Shown: positions 22,351 to 35,100 of the stretch, one piece after another
Numbering within the stretch: position 1 is the stretch's first letter
Layout: the number at the start of each line of letters is the position of its first letter
NCBI GenBank assembly: GCA_029717555.1
Contig: JAMDHS010000079.1
Span: forward strand, 1-64,000
DNA: 64,000 nt
Direction: 5' to 3'
Source of the DNA: Peribolospora baueri
Taxonomy: Eukaryota
Made by a program: the position numbers and the translations under genes
Notes under the pieces: generated by a model
Databases searched by the model: none
Seen by the model: only the letters and a program-made list of their open reading frames with translations
Told to the model about the DNA's origin: nothing

Positions 22351-24610
22351 TCAGTCGAAAGTGATCTTTTTCGCTTTCAGGCCCTGCAGGTCCTCTCGGT
22401 AGAACGCGCCGTAGCTGCCGTGCTCCTTCTTTTTTATCGCACCCGAGAAGCGCGACATGGCCTCTGGGACGGGCTGGCCAGCGTCTTTGAGCACCCTCAT
22501 GAGTGCGCCGGCCTGGGTGACATGATATGAGACGAGAACGGAATGAATAAGGTGAACTTATGATACCATCTGCAACCCAAGTAAAACTCACGTGAGCCTT
22601 ATCCTCGTCGGTGAAGAACGTAATGCTCTTGCCTGTCTTGCCACCGCGGCCTGTCCGACCGATCCGATGGATATAGTCTTCGACCGTCAGAGGGAAGGTG
22701 TTGTTCACGACCCACTCCACATTTGGGATGTCAAGTCCGCGCGCGGCGACATCTGAAACGACAGGAGAGAGATGGAAAAGCGACGATCGCGTTGGGAAGA
22801 CCGGACGTAGATGGGTTAACGTCAGATTAGAACTAAGATACCTTACGTACGACTAGTAAGGACAGTTCGATACTCACCAGTAGCGACAAGAAGGGGCGTT
22901 TTAGCCACTTTAAAGTCTTCGAGCGCTTTTATACGTTGCTGCTGGTTCAAGTCGCCGTGGATGGCTGCCACTCGGTAGCCTTGTCGTCGGAGGTTGTTTT
23001 CGAGTCTCATCGCTTCCTGCTCGTATTAGAGAATGGGTGGACCAGAGAGAGTTCAGGATCAGCCTCTTCGTCATCAGCAATTGAACTGCACAAGGTGCGA
23101 ATCACGTACCTTCTTGTAGAGTGCAAAGATGAGGACCTTGTCCTGTCCGCCTTTGCCATTCCCGCCCGCGCCAATGCTTCTCAAGAACTTGGACAACCTA
23201 GCTTCCTTGTCCCTGGAGTTATCTAGTACCTCGACCGTCTGCTCCACGCGCTTGTTCGCATTGAGCTCATCGCTGCCGACAGTCACCCTTACAGGCTGGC
23301 GCATGAATGTTTCCGCGAGTTTACGCACGGCGAACGGCCAAGTGGCGCTGAACATGCACGTGTGCCTGCCCTCATCGATTGACATACATTTGCCAATGAT
23401 CGTCCGGATGTCGTTCTCAAAACCCTTGTCGAGCATCCGGTCCGCCTCGTCCAGGACGAGGTATGACACCTGACTTAGGTCGCAGGAACCTTCGTTGGCC
23501 AAATCAAGGACACGTCCGGGCGTGCCGACGACAATTCGCACCGGTCGAGTCGAGCTAGCGAGAGCCTGTTGTTGTTCTTGCTTCGAGACCCCCCCGTAAA
23601 GACAGACAGAGGCGATGCCAAGCGACGCGCCGAACTTCTCTAGGTTCTCGTGCGTCTGGATGGCGAGCTCGCGGGTGGGCGCCACGACAAGCACGGAAAT
23701 TGGCTGAGGGGCGGCTTTATCTTTTTTCCCTTTCTTCGGTGAGGAAGAGGGGAGCTTCGATATGTGCTGCAGAGCGGGAAGGCCAAAGGCCAGGGTCTTT
23801 CCAGACCTGCATGGGAAACCGAGCGTCAGCGAGCCTCAATCAAAGGATATACGACATATACTGAGCGCGCAAACTCACCCAGTCTCAGCGATTCCCACGA
23901 CGTCCTTTCCTTCCAACAACACCGGCCAGCAGCAAGCCTGAATGGGCGTCGGGTTGGTGAAAGAGCTCAAGGCGGACATGAGCTCCTTTGGCACCGAAAG
24001 GGCGGCGAAAGAGAGAATGGGCTTCACGCTCGATCCGTCCGGCACGTCAATGGTAATGGCGTTCGAGGTCAGGAACTCCGCTACTGCATCTGACGGTGCT
24101 GGGGCGACGGGGGTCGGAGTGGCAGAGGTGGACGTGGCGGCCGTCGTGGTCGTCGAAGAATCAACAAGGCTGGTAGAGCCAGCAGACGTGGTAGCGGAGG
24201 CACTGGCGGCATTTGCGGCGGCTTTGGCTGCTTTCTTGGCTTCCTTGCGGGCCTTCTTCGCCTCCTTCGACTCCTTCTCGCTTTTCTTGGCCGACACCTC
24301 CTTCTGCTCCGTCTCTTCGACCTACAACCAAAGGCAGTGTCGTGAAGGATGAGTGGCATGAATGAACACCTGCCGTACACATAGAGAACGGCTGGAGCAG
24401 CTACCGTACCTTTCTCTTCTTGCTCTTTGGCTTCTTCGCCCCCGACCCGTCGCCACCTTCCATCTCAACCTTCAGCGGTTCAGTGACGGATGCGGCGGCC
24501 CCGTTGGCCTCATCAGCGGGTCGCTTCTTGTTCTTCTTTTCCTTTTTGTCCTTCTTGCTTGCCTTTACCGGCTTGCCATTGGTGGCGGCGGCTGCATCCT
24601 CTTTCGACAT
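22351..24610 (-). CDS. DBP3: DEAD-box ATP-dependent RNA helicase Dbp3
   Basis: Lys-rich N-terminus; motifs PTPIQ, AETGSGKT, APTRELA, GTPGR, LDEAD, SAT and HRIGRTGR; C-terminus [12 protein letters not shown]...KKITFD* is characteristic of Dbp3. Confidence 0.93.
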
Positions 24611-24983
24611 GGCAATTGTTGAATCGTCGAGTTGGACGGGGTAAAGAGTACTGTGCACAACCGCCGCTGCTCGTCCACCGCGCTCTTTCTTTCTGCTTCC
24701 GGCTGCGAATTTTTTTTGTGGACGCGGGCCTAGCCGCAGCTGGCAACTTTCTCGGAAACCATCACGATAGCCAGCAGCGCGACTTCTTAATAAGTCATCG
24801 ACACCGAGAATAGCAGCATCGGTTCTAATTCATACTCAGAAGCCACACATAAAGGCAGCGTAGAAAGACATCCAGAGAAGTAGCGCATGGCCAGCTATGA
24901 CGAAACGCATAGCAAAGCACAGGATACGGAAGCACGCAAGTAATCTATCGACGCTGCGTATAATATATCTATCTCCAGACCAG

Positions 24984-27900
24984 TCATCGCTGAGCGGCGC
25001 CAGATGGCGGCACGAAAGACGGTGCAGTCGCTGAGAGACCGGAGCGGAAAGGTGGGGTGGTGGCAGAGAGGCTAGTGTGCCGTAGGCTGGTAGTAGCGGC
25101 GTGAGCAGCGACAGAGCGCGGTGTGGAGGATGGTGGAGTGACGAGCGGTGATCCGTTTTGCATGGGCAGCGCGTGGCCTCCCATTCTATTCCCGTCTCGT
25201 GCCCTGTCTCCTCGCTCGCTTCGGGGCACACTAGCTTGCTGTCGCGCTTTGCCGTGTTCGCCGCGCTGTGGCTCGTCGGCCACACCGGCCTCGCCTGCTC
25301 CCTTCCCTTTCCCCTCTCGCCTTGGGCCTTTGCTACGGTCTTCTGCAGAAGGCGAGGCGACGGAACGCCCTTCAGTAGGTGCAACTTCGTCGCCAGCCTT
25401 GCCCTTGCCCTTTTTCCTGCCCTTAGCATTCGAAGTTGCGGGTGAGGTTGAGCCGTCCCCAGGTCGACCCTCGCCAAGTGGTTGCCTACCCGCTCGTCCG
25501 CCCTTCTTGCCGCCCCTGCCACCGCTGCTTTCTCCTCGGCGCTGAGCAGCCTCTGTCTCCTTCTTCACTCTGGCCTCTTCCTGTTTCCACCAGAGCATGA
25601 AATCTTCTTCCTCCTGCTTTGCTTTGGAAGCCTCCTGTTGCTTCCGTTCCTCCTCCTGGATCTCCGCCAGCGTCTTCTTCCGCCCTTTCTCACGAGCCAA
25701 GGTCAGTTCCAGCTGCTGCTGCTCCTGGATTTCTGCAAATGTCAGGCCCGTAGCTGCTGAGAGCGCCGCGGGGGAAACTGAAGCCGATGGTAATGCAGGG
25801 TATGCCGAACTGCCTCCTGGCAGAGCCGACGAAGACGCCCAGGCTGGCTCAGTTGCGCCCGAGGTCCGCCGCTGCGCAGGCGGCTTTGAAGCGCGAACTG
25901 GAGTGATCGTAGGACCGAGCTGAAGTTGCGAAGGACCGGTGGCATGGGCCGGAGACGAACGGGTAGGAACAGTAGACGAAGTTCCGCTTGCAGCGGCGAA
26001 GCCATGCTCCACTCGGGGCGTACATGGTCCGGAGCCTTGCTCGCTGGCAGACCGGTATGACGGGCTCGCCCTGACTCCAGCATCTGCAGATGCGTTCCTT
26101 GGCAACGACGAGGATGGCGAAGCTTGCTCACTCGCTCGCTGGAAATTCACCTGCGACGTTCTGCGCTCCCCCATCATCTTCCAAGGCGTAGCGGGACCAG
26201 GACTAGGTGGCGTGGCGCTCTGCTGAGCCTGCGATTGCAGCTGTTGTTGCCTCTTACGATCCTTCTGAGATAGCTTGATGGATACCGTCCACGGAGAGGA
26301 GGAATCTTCCAAGCTGTGGCTGAAGTTTTGCGAGCCGGCGCGGGGAGTAAGGGAGGGTGCCATCCCCGAACTCGGTCGCCTGGCCTGTTCGGCAGCCATA
26401 ATGCTTCGCATGTCGGCCTTCTCCGCTTCGACGGTCCTGGACCGCCAAACGGATCCGGCCCTGCTCATCGCCGGGCTCGATTCTAGTGGCGGTGTATCGA
26501 GCGGAGAGGGCGAAGAGCTGACCTTCGAAGGGCGGAGCCTAGGACCATCGTCTTCGTCCATCTCGAATATATCGCCCGAATCGGGAATGGCTTTCAACTC
26601 CGGGCTGGCCACGGGCGAGCTCGTCGCCAGTGGACGAAGCGGCGGACTCTTCGTCATCGACAGCTTGGCATCGAGAGGAGACAGCTTGGGACTCTTCCCA
26701 CCCATGTTCCGCCATTTTCGCGGGCCATAGTACAAAGTCGGTTTGGGAATGTCGAGATCGGCCAGGTAGTCTGCGTGTTTGGCGAGCAGCTGGTTGACGA
26801 TCTCACCGGTCCGAGAAATGGGCAGACGGTTCCGCTGACGCTGCCAGACGAAGTGCATGAGGTCGCGTAGCAGGGCGTGCTCCATGTCATCCAGCAGTCC
26901 GGACTCGAGAAGCGTCTCCATCGTTCGAGCGCAGAAGTCCATGCAGGCCTGCTTCAGCTCAACGGCATTGTAGAAGTCGGCATCTGCCATTATGGCGGTG
27001 ACATTCAACACGTTAACTGTGACACAGGGACGAGAATGAGAAGAAGCGCGTCAATGGCTTTGCAAGGCAACAAACAAGAAGGAAAATCATACTGGCGGTG
27101 CCACATACCTCTATCTCGGAGTAACGAACAGCAGATCAGTTTCAGCTTATCGAGTAGGAGCTCGTTGGCAGCCGCGAGAACTTCAAATATGAAATCGATG
27201 TACTCTTCCACAGAGTCCACAGCTGGGAATCGGCAGCCAAGTCAGGGACCGTCTCGAGACGCACGTCAGAATAACGACATTAAGAACTCACCTTCGTCGC
27301 CAAACATCTCCACACTACCGTCGGTGTAGCAGTGCCGGAGGACCACCTCCATGACTTTCCAAGAGAGATGCCGCATGCGGATCTCAATCACACCGTCTTC
27401 TCGCCACCTTGCCCTCGTCCAGTCGGGGTCATCGAACATGGCGGCGAAGAAAGGGCTGCGATGCAATACCGTAGAGTGGGCCCGCACGACGCTGTCGGCT
27501 AGACATAGCTCAACGTCGTGTAAGGCCGATCCAGTACTTGCAGAGGTCCCAGAAGTGGCGACACAGGCTCGGAATAGCTGTGCAAAGTCCTCCGTGAGGC
27601 TCGGCATGGGTGGGCTAGGCGCGGGGAGATCCAAGGTACGAGCGAGCTTCTCGAGCTGGAGCAACTGAGCGAGCTCGATGAGCTGCTTGTGAATGGCTCC
27701 CTTGTTCAGCTTGGCGGCTTGAAAGGCGCTTTCGATGCGCATACCTACGCTGGTGGTCCAGATCGTAGGGATATCGTCGGTGTAAAGGTAGTGCAAAAGG
27801 AAAAGAACTGATGCCAGCGAATAATTCGGAAGAAAGAGCTGCGTAACCCCTGACTCGGTCCTCTTCACCATGAGGCCAGGCAAACCGGCGACCTTGCCTG

Positions 27901-30272
27901 ACGCCTTGCTAGTCGAGTTGAGGAGCTGTTTGAGCACGGGCACGCGCGTCGCGAGGATCGTCCGATGGGCAGGAACGTAGCGACCGCTGGCGACGACGAA
28001 CATATCGCTCCCATGAGGGGGTTGAAGGTTGTGGGGACCCCACAGCGCACGTTCCTGAGAGACTCCTGACTCTTCCGTGGCGCTTAATTTGTCCCAATGG
28101 CGAACGACGGCGGCGATCTTCGATGCGTCGTGCTCGTATCGGTCGACCTGGTCTTCCGCCGTGTCACTGATGTCGTCTTCGTGACCGTCCTCGACTTTCT
28201 GGGCATCCGTCGATCCTTCCGCATGACCGCTCACAGATATGAAAAATTGTGGAAGCAGGTTCTGGAGGTCGTCCGCCAGGGTCGGACCGTGCACGCTGAT
28301 CGGTGGCGGAGAGGTGTCTGCCGTGATCGCCCCAAAAGCACCAGTCTCGTTCGCGCACACTTTGACGACCCGTTGCAGGTAAGGCACCTTCTGGAACTTG
28401 TGGGACCGGATCTTCGTGCCAGCTCCGTCTCCTCGAATCCCAATCGTCGAACTTTCAGCCCGACGAGAGCGCACGAACACGTGCCCGGATTCTGTACACA
28501 GAATGATGCTCCCGTCCAGGCCGAGCGCGACGTCTCGAACGGCGGTGAACTTGCGCCTCAAGCTCCACACAAGCTGCGGCTTTGGGATGGGCGCGCGAAC
28601 CGTAGTCGCACCGCCGTCCCTGTTGGAATACTCGCTGGGGTGTTCCAAAGAGAACGTGAAGACGTCTCCGTGATTGCTCAGCGCAGCGAAGGTCGTGCCA
28701 GAAGAGGTAATCTTGCATATTTCCGGCTTGCGATAAGCGCCCTGGGGTCGGAACAGGACCCATTCCGGCGAGAACCGGTTCGTCGGGAAGGCAACGCGGA
28801 AGTGCGTGTCGTTATGAAAGACGAGCACTTCCGCCGTCTCCAGCAGGACCGCTGTGGCGAATTCGGTGACTGCGACCTGAACGATTGCTTGGGAAATGGC
28901 GGTGACCTTCCTCGGAGTCATCTGAACGGGATGGGCGTTCTTGTCGTATCCTAGATAGATGTTCAAGAGATCCCAACGCGACTTTAGGGAAGTCTTTTTT
29001 TAAAGAAGACCGATGGGCGAAATGAGAATGAACTCACCCAGCTGCCCCGTGTTCGTCCCAAAGGTGTACAGTGACGATTCGGTGAAGACGACGGAATGAA
29101 TCCTGCTCGCCGCCGCGCCGATGACATGTTCCTTCTTGAGGTTCCCAACAATTCGCCTCGGAGACACCTGCACTTCATGCTCTTGCATCTGTCTTGGATC
29201 TCCAAGCGCCGGGTTACCCATGCGACCAGACGAGCCCGGCGCCGTGACGCCTTGACCAATCTCGATGGGGTACCCGAGCTGACCGAACTTATTAGACCCG
29301 AAGGAATACGCGCTACCGGAGGCAGTGACGATGACGGTGTGATCCTGCCCGAGAGCAATGCTGCAAACGGCAAGAGGGAAGGAAGGGATCGGCGCAAAGT
29401 GTGTCTGCGTGCTCGTCACGGCGCCCAGCCTGTTCGGGAATGGAAGAGAAAAAAGTTAGAGCGCTATTATCTCTCCATGATTCCTGGTCAGTCAGAGAGT
29501 CTCACCTTCCGTTGTTCCCAAACCCACACAGCCTCACATTTCCACTGCTCTCCGTCGTAAGCACAGCGGAGTGTAGCTTGGCCATGCTAATATCAACAAT
29601 GCCCACGGCATCAAACCTGGTGGGTAACCGTGCTTCCGTCGCAGCCGTCCTACTCGACCCGCTCGATCCGCTTCCACCTTCCTGTCGAAGCGACAGTCGT
29701 TCAGGGAGATGCCTGTCGTCTCCATCCCCGGTTCCGAGCACGAAGTTACGATTGGCGCCCCACGTGAAGAGTTCGGTCCCTCCGCCGGCGCGGCCCCTGG
29801 TCGGATTGGTTCCCTCGACGGTGGAGTTGTACAGATCGAAGGCGGTCAGGCCCTCGGCGTCCTTGAGCTTGAGGTCAATGCCTGGATGTCGCAGGAGCAG
29901 ACGGGCTGCGAGCAGGTTACCAAGATAGAGGGCGCGATGCAACGCGGTCCAACCGGATTCGTAGTCCTGCAAGTTGGGATTGAGGGCCGGAACGGCGAGG
30001 AGAACGTGTAGATAATCCAAGGACGACGGGGCTGTGGAGGAGCAGACGAGGTGCAAGGGCGTACGGCCGAGGTGGTCCCTCCTATTCACCTCAGCAGCCA
30101 CGTTCACCGAGGGATGATGGTGCCCGGCGCTTCCCCAACTGCCCGTCTTGGACAGCGACCCGTATTCCGCTTTGCAGCCACCGGGTGCCCCGGAGGGCGG
30201 CAGCCCCTTGAGGAGCTCGCGAAAACCTTTGAGGTCATTCGCGAGGAAGTGCTCGTGTGCGGTCGGTCTCAT
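24984..30272 (-). CDS. btb1: Ankyrin-RCC1-BTB/POZ protein (IBTK / S. pombe Btb1-like cullin-3 adaptor)
   Basis: Ankyrin segments GRTPLHLVCS and ESGWTALHRALYLGNL; RCC1 repeats FTWGANRNFVLG and YSFGSNKFGQLG; two BTB domains (PAHRTILATR, RAHSTVLHRSPFF); tail motifs LTFAEIQEQQ and KTLAEIQEEE. Confidence 0.88.
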
Positions 30273-30894
30273 GCAAGATCAAAGTCAAGTCGCGCCCGGT
30301 TCCCAGCGTCGCCTCGATGATGACGGGCGACGGCGAGGGAAGGGATCGGCGCGGCTTGAAGAAAGATCGTTTCGCCTTTTCTTCTGGCGAAACGAGAGTG
30401 GCGAACGCAGAAGAGGGTTGCGACGCCAAAAAGGTCCTTTGGGAGGGGTAGAAACGGACGGGGGAGGGTCGAGGGTGGGGCAACACCGTCGGGCGAGAGC
30501 AGTGGCGACTGGGCGAGATAAGGGGAAAAGAAGCGCGTCTCCGGCTGATCGTCTGGGGTGGCGCACGAGTCGAAGGTAGCCGGTCCTGTGAGCAAGGCGA
30601 TAATAAAGACGTCACGAAAAGCAGACCAAGGAGGTCCCAGATGTCGACAGCAAGACGCCGAGTCGTACCAAGAAGTGACTCCAGGGGTGGACGACGAGTT
30701 GAGAGTCGTCCGTGATCGGACCCAACGACCGCACGTGCTCGCTTTTTCCCGTCCACGTTGGATTGTCACGTGCGCCATCGCGACGGCTGGCCGCAGCGAC
30801 CGCTCGATTGGCTCGCTCGCGCAGGGGCCACACATTCTCCCGTCCACCGTCCACGATCGTACAAGGGACCTTCACTGACCCGGACCACCCCGCA

Positions 30895-31484
30895 ATGGCG
30901 CAAGCGCAGGCGAGGTATGTCGTCCTCCAGACTTCTATGGGGGACGTCACCTTCGAGCTTTATCCTCAACACGCTCCCAAGGTGAGTCGAGCCGCTAGGA
31001 AGCCCGCGTCCGAATCGACTCCGAATCGACTCGAGCGCAGCCGACCTCTTCTCTCTCCTCTTGCCTTCTTTCGTTTCCGGAGTAGACCGTGAGGAACTTT
31101 GAGGAGCTCGCCAAGCGAGGCTACTACAATGGCACCATTTTTCACAGGTCAGCGTTGGAGAGGACGGCGAGCTCGCACGGAAGGTTGGATGGAAGAGCGC
31201 GTCTAACCACGTCACACGCTCCCCCCGTGTTTTTCGCTCCACGCCCTTTCAGGGTGATCCCAGATTTCATGATCCAGGGCGGCGATCCGACGGGAACAGG
31301 TCGCGGCGGCTCGTCCATCTACGGCGAAAAGTTTGCAGACGAGATTCACCCCGAGCTCCGTCACGTAGGCGCCGGCGTCCTTTCCATGGCCAACTCCGGG
31401 CCGAATAGCAATGGTGAGTCGCGACCTCCTGGAGTTGTGGCTGACGAGAAAGGAGCGAAAAGACGGAGATGTACTAACGACGGC

Positions 31485-31522
<38 letters not shown>

Positions 31523-31963
31523 CACTGTCTCTGCGTTCACCTTTCCCATCTCTCTCGGCGTCCAGGCTCGCAGGTACCGCAGGCATCCGTTCTTTCTGAG
31601 CGAGCGGTTCCTCAATAATTGACTCCGTCCCTCATCCTCCTCGCTCACAGTTTTTCATCACCCTCGCCCCAACACCTTGGCTCGACCGGAAGCACACGAT
31701 CTGTGAGTGAGATCCTTCGCGGTCGATTGAACCGTTGGCCGGTGAAGTGGAAAGGCATGGCGCCTGACAGGCCCCTCCTTTCGTTCCTTTCCCGCCCGTA
31801 TCTGTCCGTATCCTTTATCCCCCTTTTCCCCGCCCGCCCCCCAGTTGGCCGAGTAAGCGACGGGATGCGCGTGGTCCAGCGCATGGGCCTCGTCGCGACG
31901 GATTCGAACGACAGGCCGAAGGAGGAAGTCAAGATCATTCGCGCAAAGGTGGTCGTAGATTGA
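30895..31963 (+). CDS. CYP1: Cyclophilin-type peptidyl-prolyl isomerase, PPIL1-like
   Basis: Spliced product ...[26 protein letters not shown]...[27 protein letters not shown]...[17 protein letters not shown]...KHTIFGRV; requires an 8-nt microexon at 31566-31573. Confidence 0.92.
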
Positions 31964-32104
31964 TCCGTGTCGTCGACGCTTCATGACGACGTAGTTAGAC
32001 TCGCCGGCGGGCACATACATACTGTACTCGTACTTGATTGGTGTACGCATCAGCGTCGTGGCGTATGCAGAGAGCTAAGACGGCTAGGCGAGACAGGAGC
32101 CGTC

Positions 32105-35100
32105 CTACGTCATCGAATCTACGGGCCCCCTCGCGCCGTCCACATGACCGCCGTCGAACAAATGGGAGGCAATCGGCGTCCTACTCGAGCTCCTGTCTGC
32201 CTCCTGCACCCTTGCCGACCCAGCCATCTCTCCCACCCCCGATCCCATGGCCGTTCCCATCCTGGCACCGGCACCAGCACCGGCACTGGCTCCCACCGGC
32301 TGCGGAGCGAAAACAGCCCTGGCGATCCTACTCCTACCCCTCCCCTCCTCCTCCCTCTCCATCTCCAACACGTCTCTATAGCTAGGCGGAGGAGGCGGTC
32401 TGCCGCCCGCCTCGTCTATCTCACCGCTGACCAGCTGCTCGTACCGGCGACTCAGCTCTGCGGGCGTGAGGGATTCGGAAGGCCTATCTGACGACGCGGC
32501 CGTGGTGTGCGAGTGCGAGTGCAGATGAAGGTGCAAGTGGCTCGTCGATGATAGGGATGGGGAGGACAGGGGAAAGGAAGGTGGGAGGACGGGAATCGAC
32601 GTCGCGGCCGCGGGATGGCCCATAGCTCCCGCGCCACCCCTACCTGGCGGGACGACGGGGACGGGTTGGGAGAATGGCAAAGAAGGGCCAGGGTTAGGGA
32701 TGACGCCCGATCCGAGAGCCCTCCGGTCGGCGGCGGAAGGCCGAGGGCCCACTCCGGCGACGTACTCCTCCATGGCGCGTTGGATGCCTGCGGCGTGGAA
32801 CGCGGTCGGGTTCTCGACTTCGCAACGACATCGACTTGTGCTCGTGGATAGGTATGGGCTTGATGCGGGGTTCGGGAAAGCGGAGGCTGGCGAGGTGATG
32901 GAGAAGTAAGAAGGGAGGGACGTCGAGTCCGTTGTGCAGCGACAGGAAAGGATGTGGATCTGGAGAAGCGATAAAAGGGGAGGAGGGAAGACGATGGATG
33001 GATGGATCGATAGTCCGTAAGCGTTCGCTCACCGACCGCCCACGCGAGAAAATGGTCAGCCGGCGTCTGCTGGTCTCCCCGACCGGCTCGGACGCTGGAC
33101 TCACGGGTGCCTCTACGATGACATCCCACAGCTTTCTCTTGCCCTTGCTGTCCAGATACAGGTCATCGCCCCTCTCGACCCTAATGGTGACGCGCAAGAT
33201 ATGGTGCACGGCAATGTTGCTCTTGGCGTGGTTGCTTGAATGGTGCACTTTGGCGGCGCAGAGCGGTAGCTGCAAGGCGTGCTGGAGCTCCCAAGGGCCC
33301 GTGGGGTCCAGAAGGGACGGCCCGGCGTCCGAGCCAGGCTCGGCCCAGCCGGGAGGGGAGGACATGCTAGCACGACGTGCGCCGATCACCGCGTCCTCCT
33401 CGCCGTTGAGCCCGGCGGACGAAGGAACGAGAGCGGCGAGCGGCGAGTCTTGAAGCGCCGTCGGAGAATCGGACAAGATAGGCAGCAACGGCGTCTCGTC
33501 CGCGTTGAGGCACTTGAGCAATTGAAACCTGCGCGCCGCTTCATGTCTCGTCACCTTGCGCTGATGCGCATAGTAGTCTACTTTCTCTGTTGATGGAAAT
33601 GGAGGAGGGACATGAAACGAAAGCTCGGCCGATCAGCGGTGTCGTCCAATTCCTGCTTCGTAGCGTCGTCGTCGTCGTCATCGTCGTCGTCGGCCGAAAC
33701 ACTCGCCTTCCAATACGGCGGAAATCCTGTGCACCTTTACCTTGGCGAGCGGCAAAAATCGGATATGCATGGGTATGCGGGTTCCGATGGGAAACTGCTT
33801 GCCATTGAGGATGATGAGATAGCTCATTTGGTCGCTGCCAATCCCGGAGAAGGGAAAAGAGGTGGTGTGAGCGCGGGGCGAGAGGAAGCAGGGGAAAAAA
33901 GGAAAAGTAGAAATGAACACCCACTCCCACGTCCTTTCCACCACTATGTTCTCCGTTTCCTCCGTGTCGTCCTCGCCAGGACTGGCGACGAGGATGACCT
34001 CCCTCTCAGCGGTCAAGTTGGGCGTCAGAGCGCCGGCACGATGTACGGTCACCTTGAGGGTGTACGAGACATGGCCAAAGTCGCAGTGAATGGTGGGCGG
34101 CAAGGAAGAGGCGACGGGCAACGAGATGGGATATGTGTACGTTCCTGATCGGGCCAAGCGCGCGAAAGCGGTTCAGCATCGGGACAGAAGCGAGCGACAC
34201 CCCCCCCCCCCCCGGAGATGCTAAGCGAACCTCATCTCTGGCGATGCGGGCTCACCTTTCTTAAACTCGCGCCACTCGTGCTTCACTTCGCTGTCTTCCG
34301 AGCTATCCAACTTTTCCTCCCCGGTGAGAGCGCTCAAGAGGGCCTTCAAACCTCTGCTGTGGCCGCCTTCCCTCTCCTTCTCCCTCTCCCGATCTACGCT
34401 CGCCGCGGGCGAACTCGCCCTGCTACCAAGAGCAGACCTGGAGCCGGTGCGGCGGGCGGTGCTCACCCTCGAACCGGGGCGATCCACACTCCTCTCCTTC
34501 GAGAGAGCGCTCCTCGTCCTCGGACGCCGACCGAGTCCGTCTTCCGGCACCGGAGAAACTGGCGCAGAGGCGGAGGCGGGCTCGGAGGAGAAGTGGACAT
34601 GATCGAGAGTACCGCTCGGCTTGCGACTGGCCGCGCGGGCCTTGTGGAAGATGCCGGAGACGGTGAATCGGTTCCTACTCGTCTCTCGAGCCTGGGAGGT
34701 GTCTCGAGCCTGGGAGGATGACCGGATCGTGTCGGAGCAGGAGACTTCGCGGTGACGATTCCCCGTTGAGAAGGCCATTTGTCGTCGACGAGCGGGGCTT
34801 TGCCGGCCCGCCTCGTCATCGTCAACGTCGTCGATGTCGTCGTCCTCGCCTTCGTCATTGATGGCGCTCTCGTTGGAACCACGCGTGGAGTCGGCCTGGG
34901 AAGTGCAGGTGGAAGCGGGGCCGCTGTGTCGCGAGGCGGCTTGGGCAGAGTAGTAGTGATGGTGAGGGTGGGAGGGATCGGTGAACGACGAGGGCGACTC
35001 AGGCATGGGCGAAGAGGTGAATGGCGAAGCGACGGATTCTGGGACGGCAGAAAAGTTGCTGTTCCCGCTCGCCGTCCTCGGCATACCCGGGGCGGAGGCG

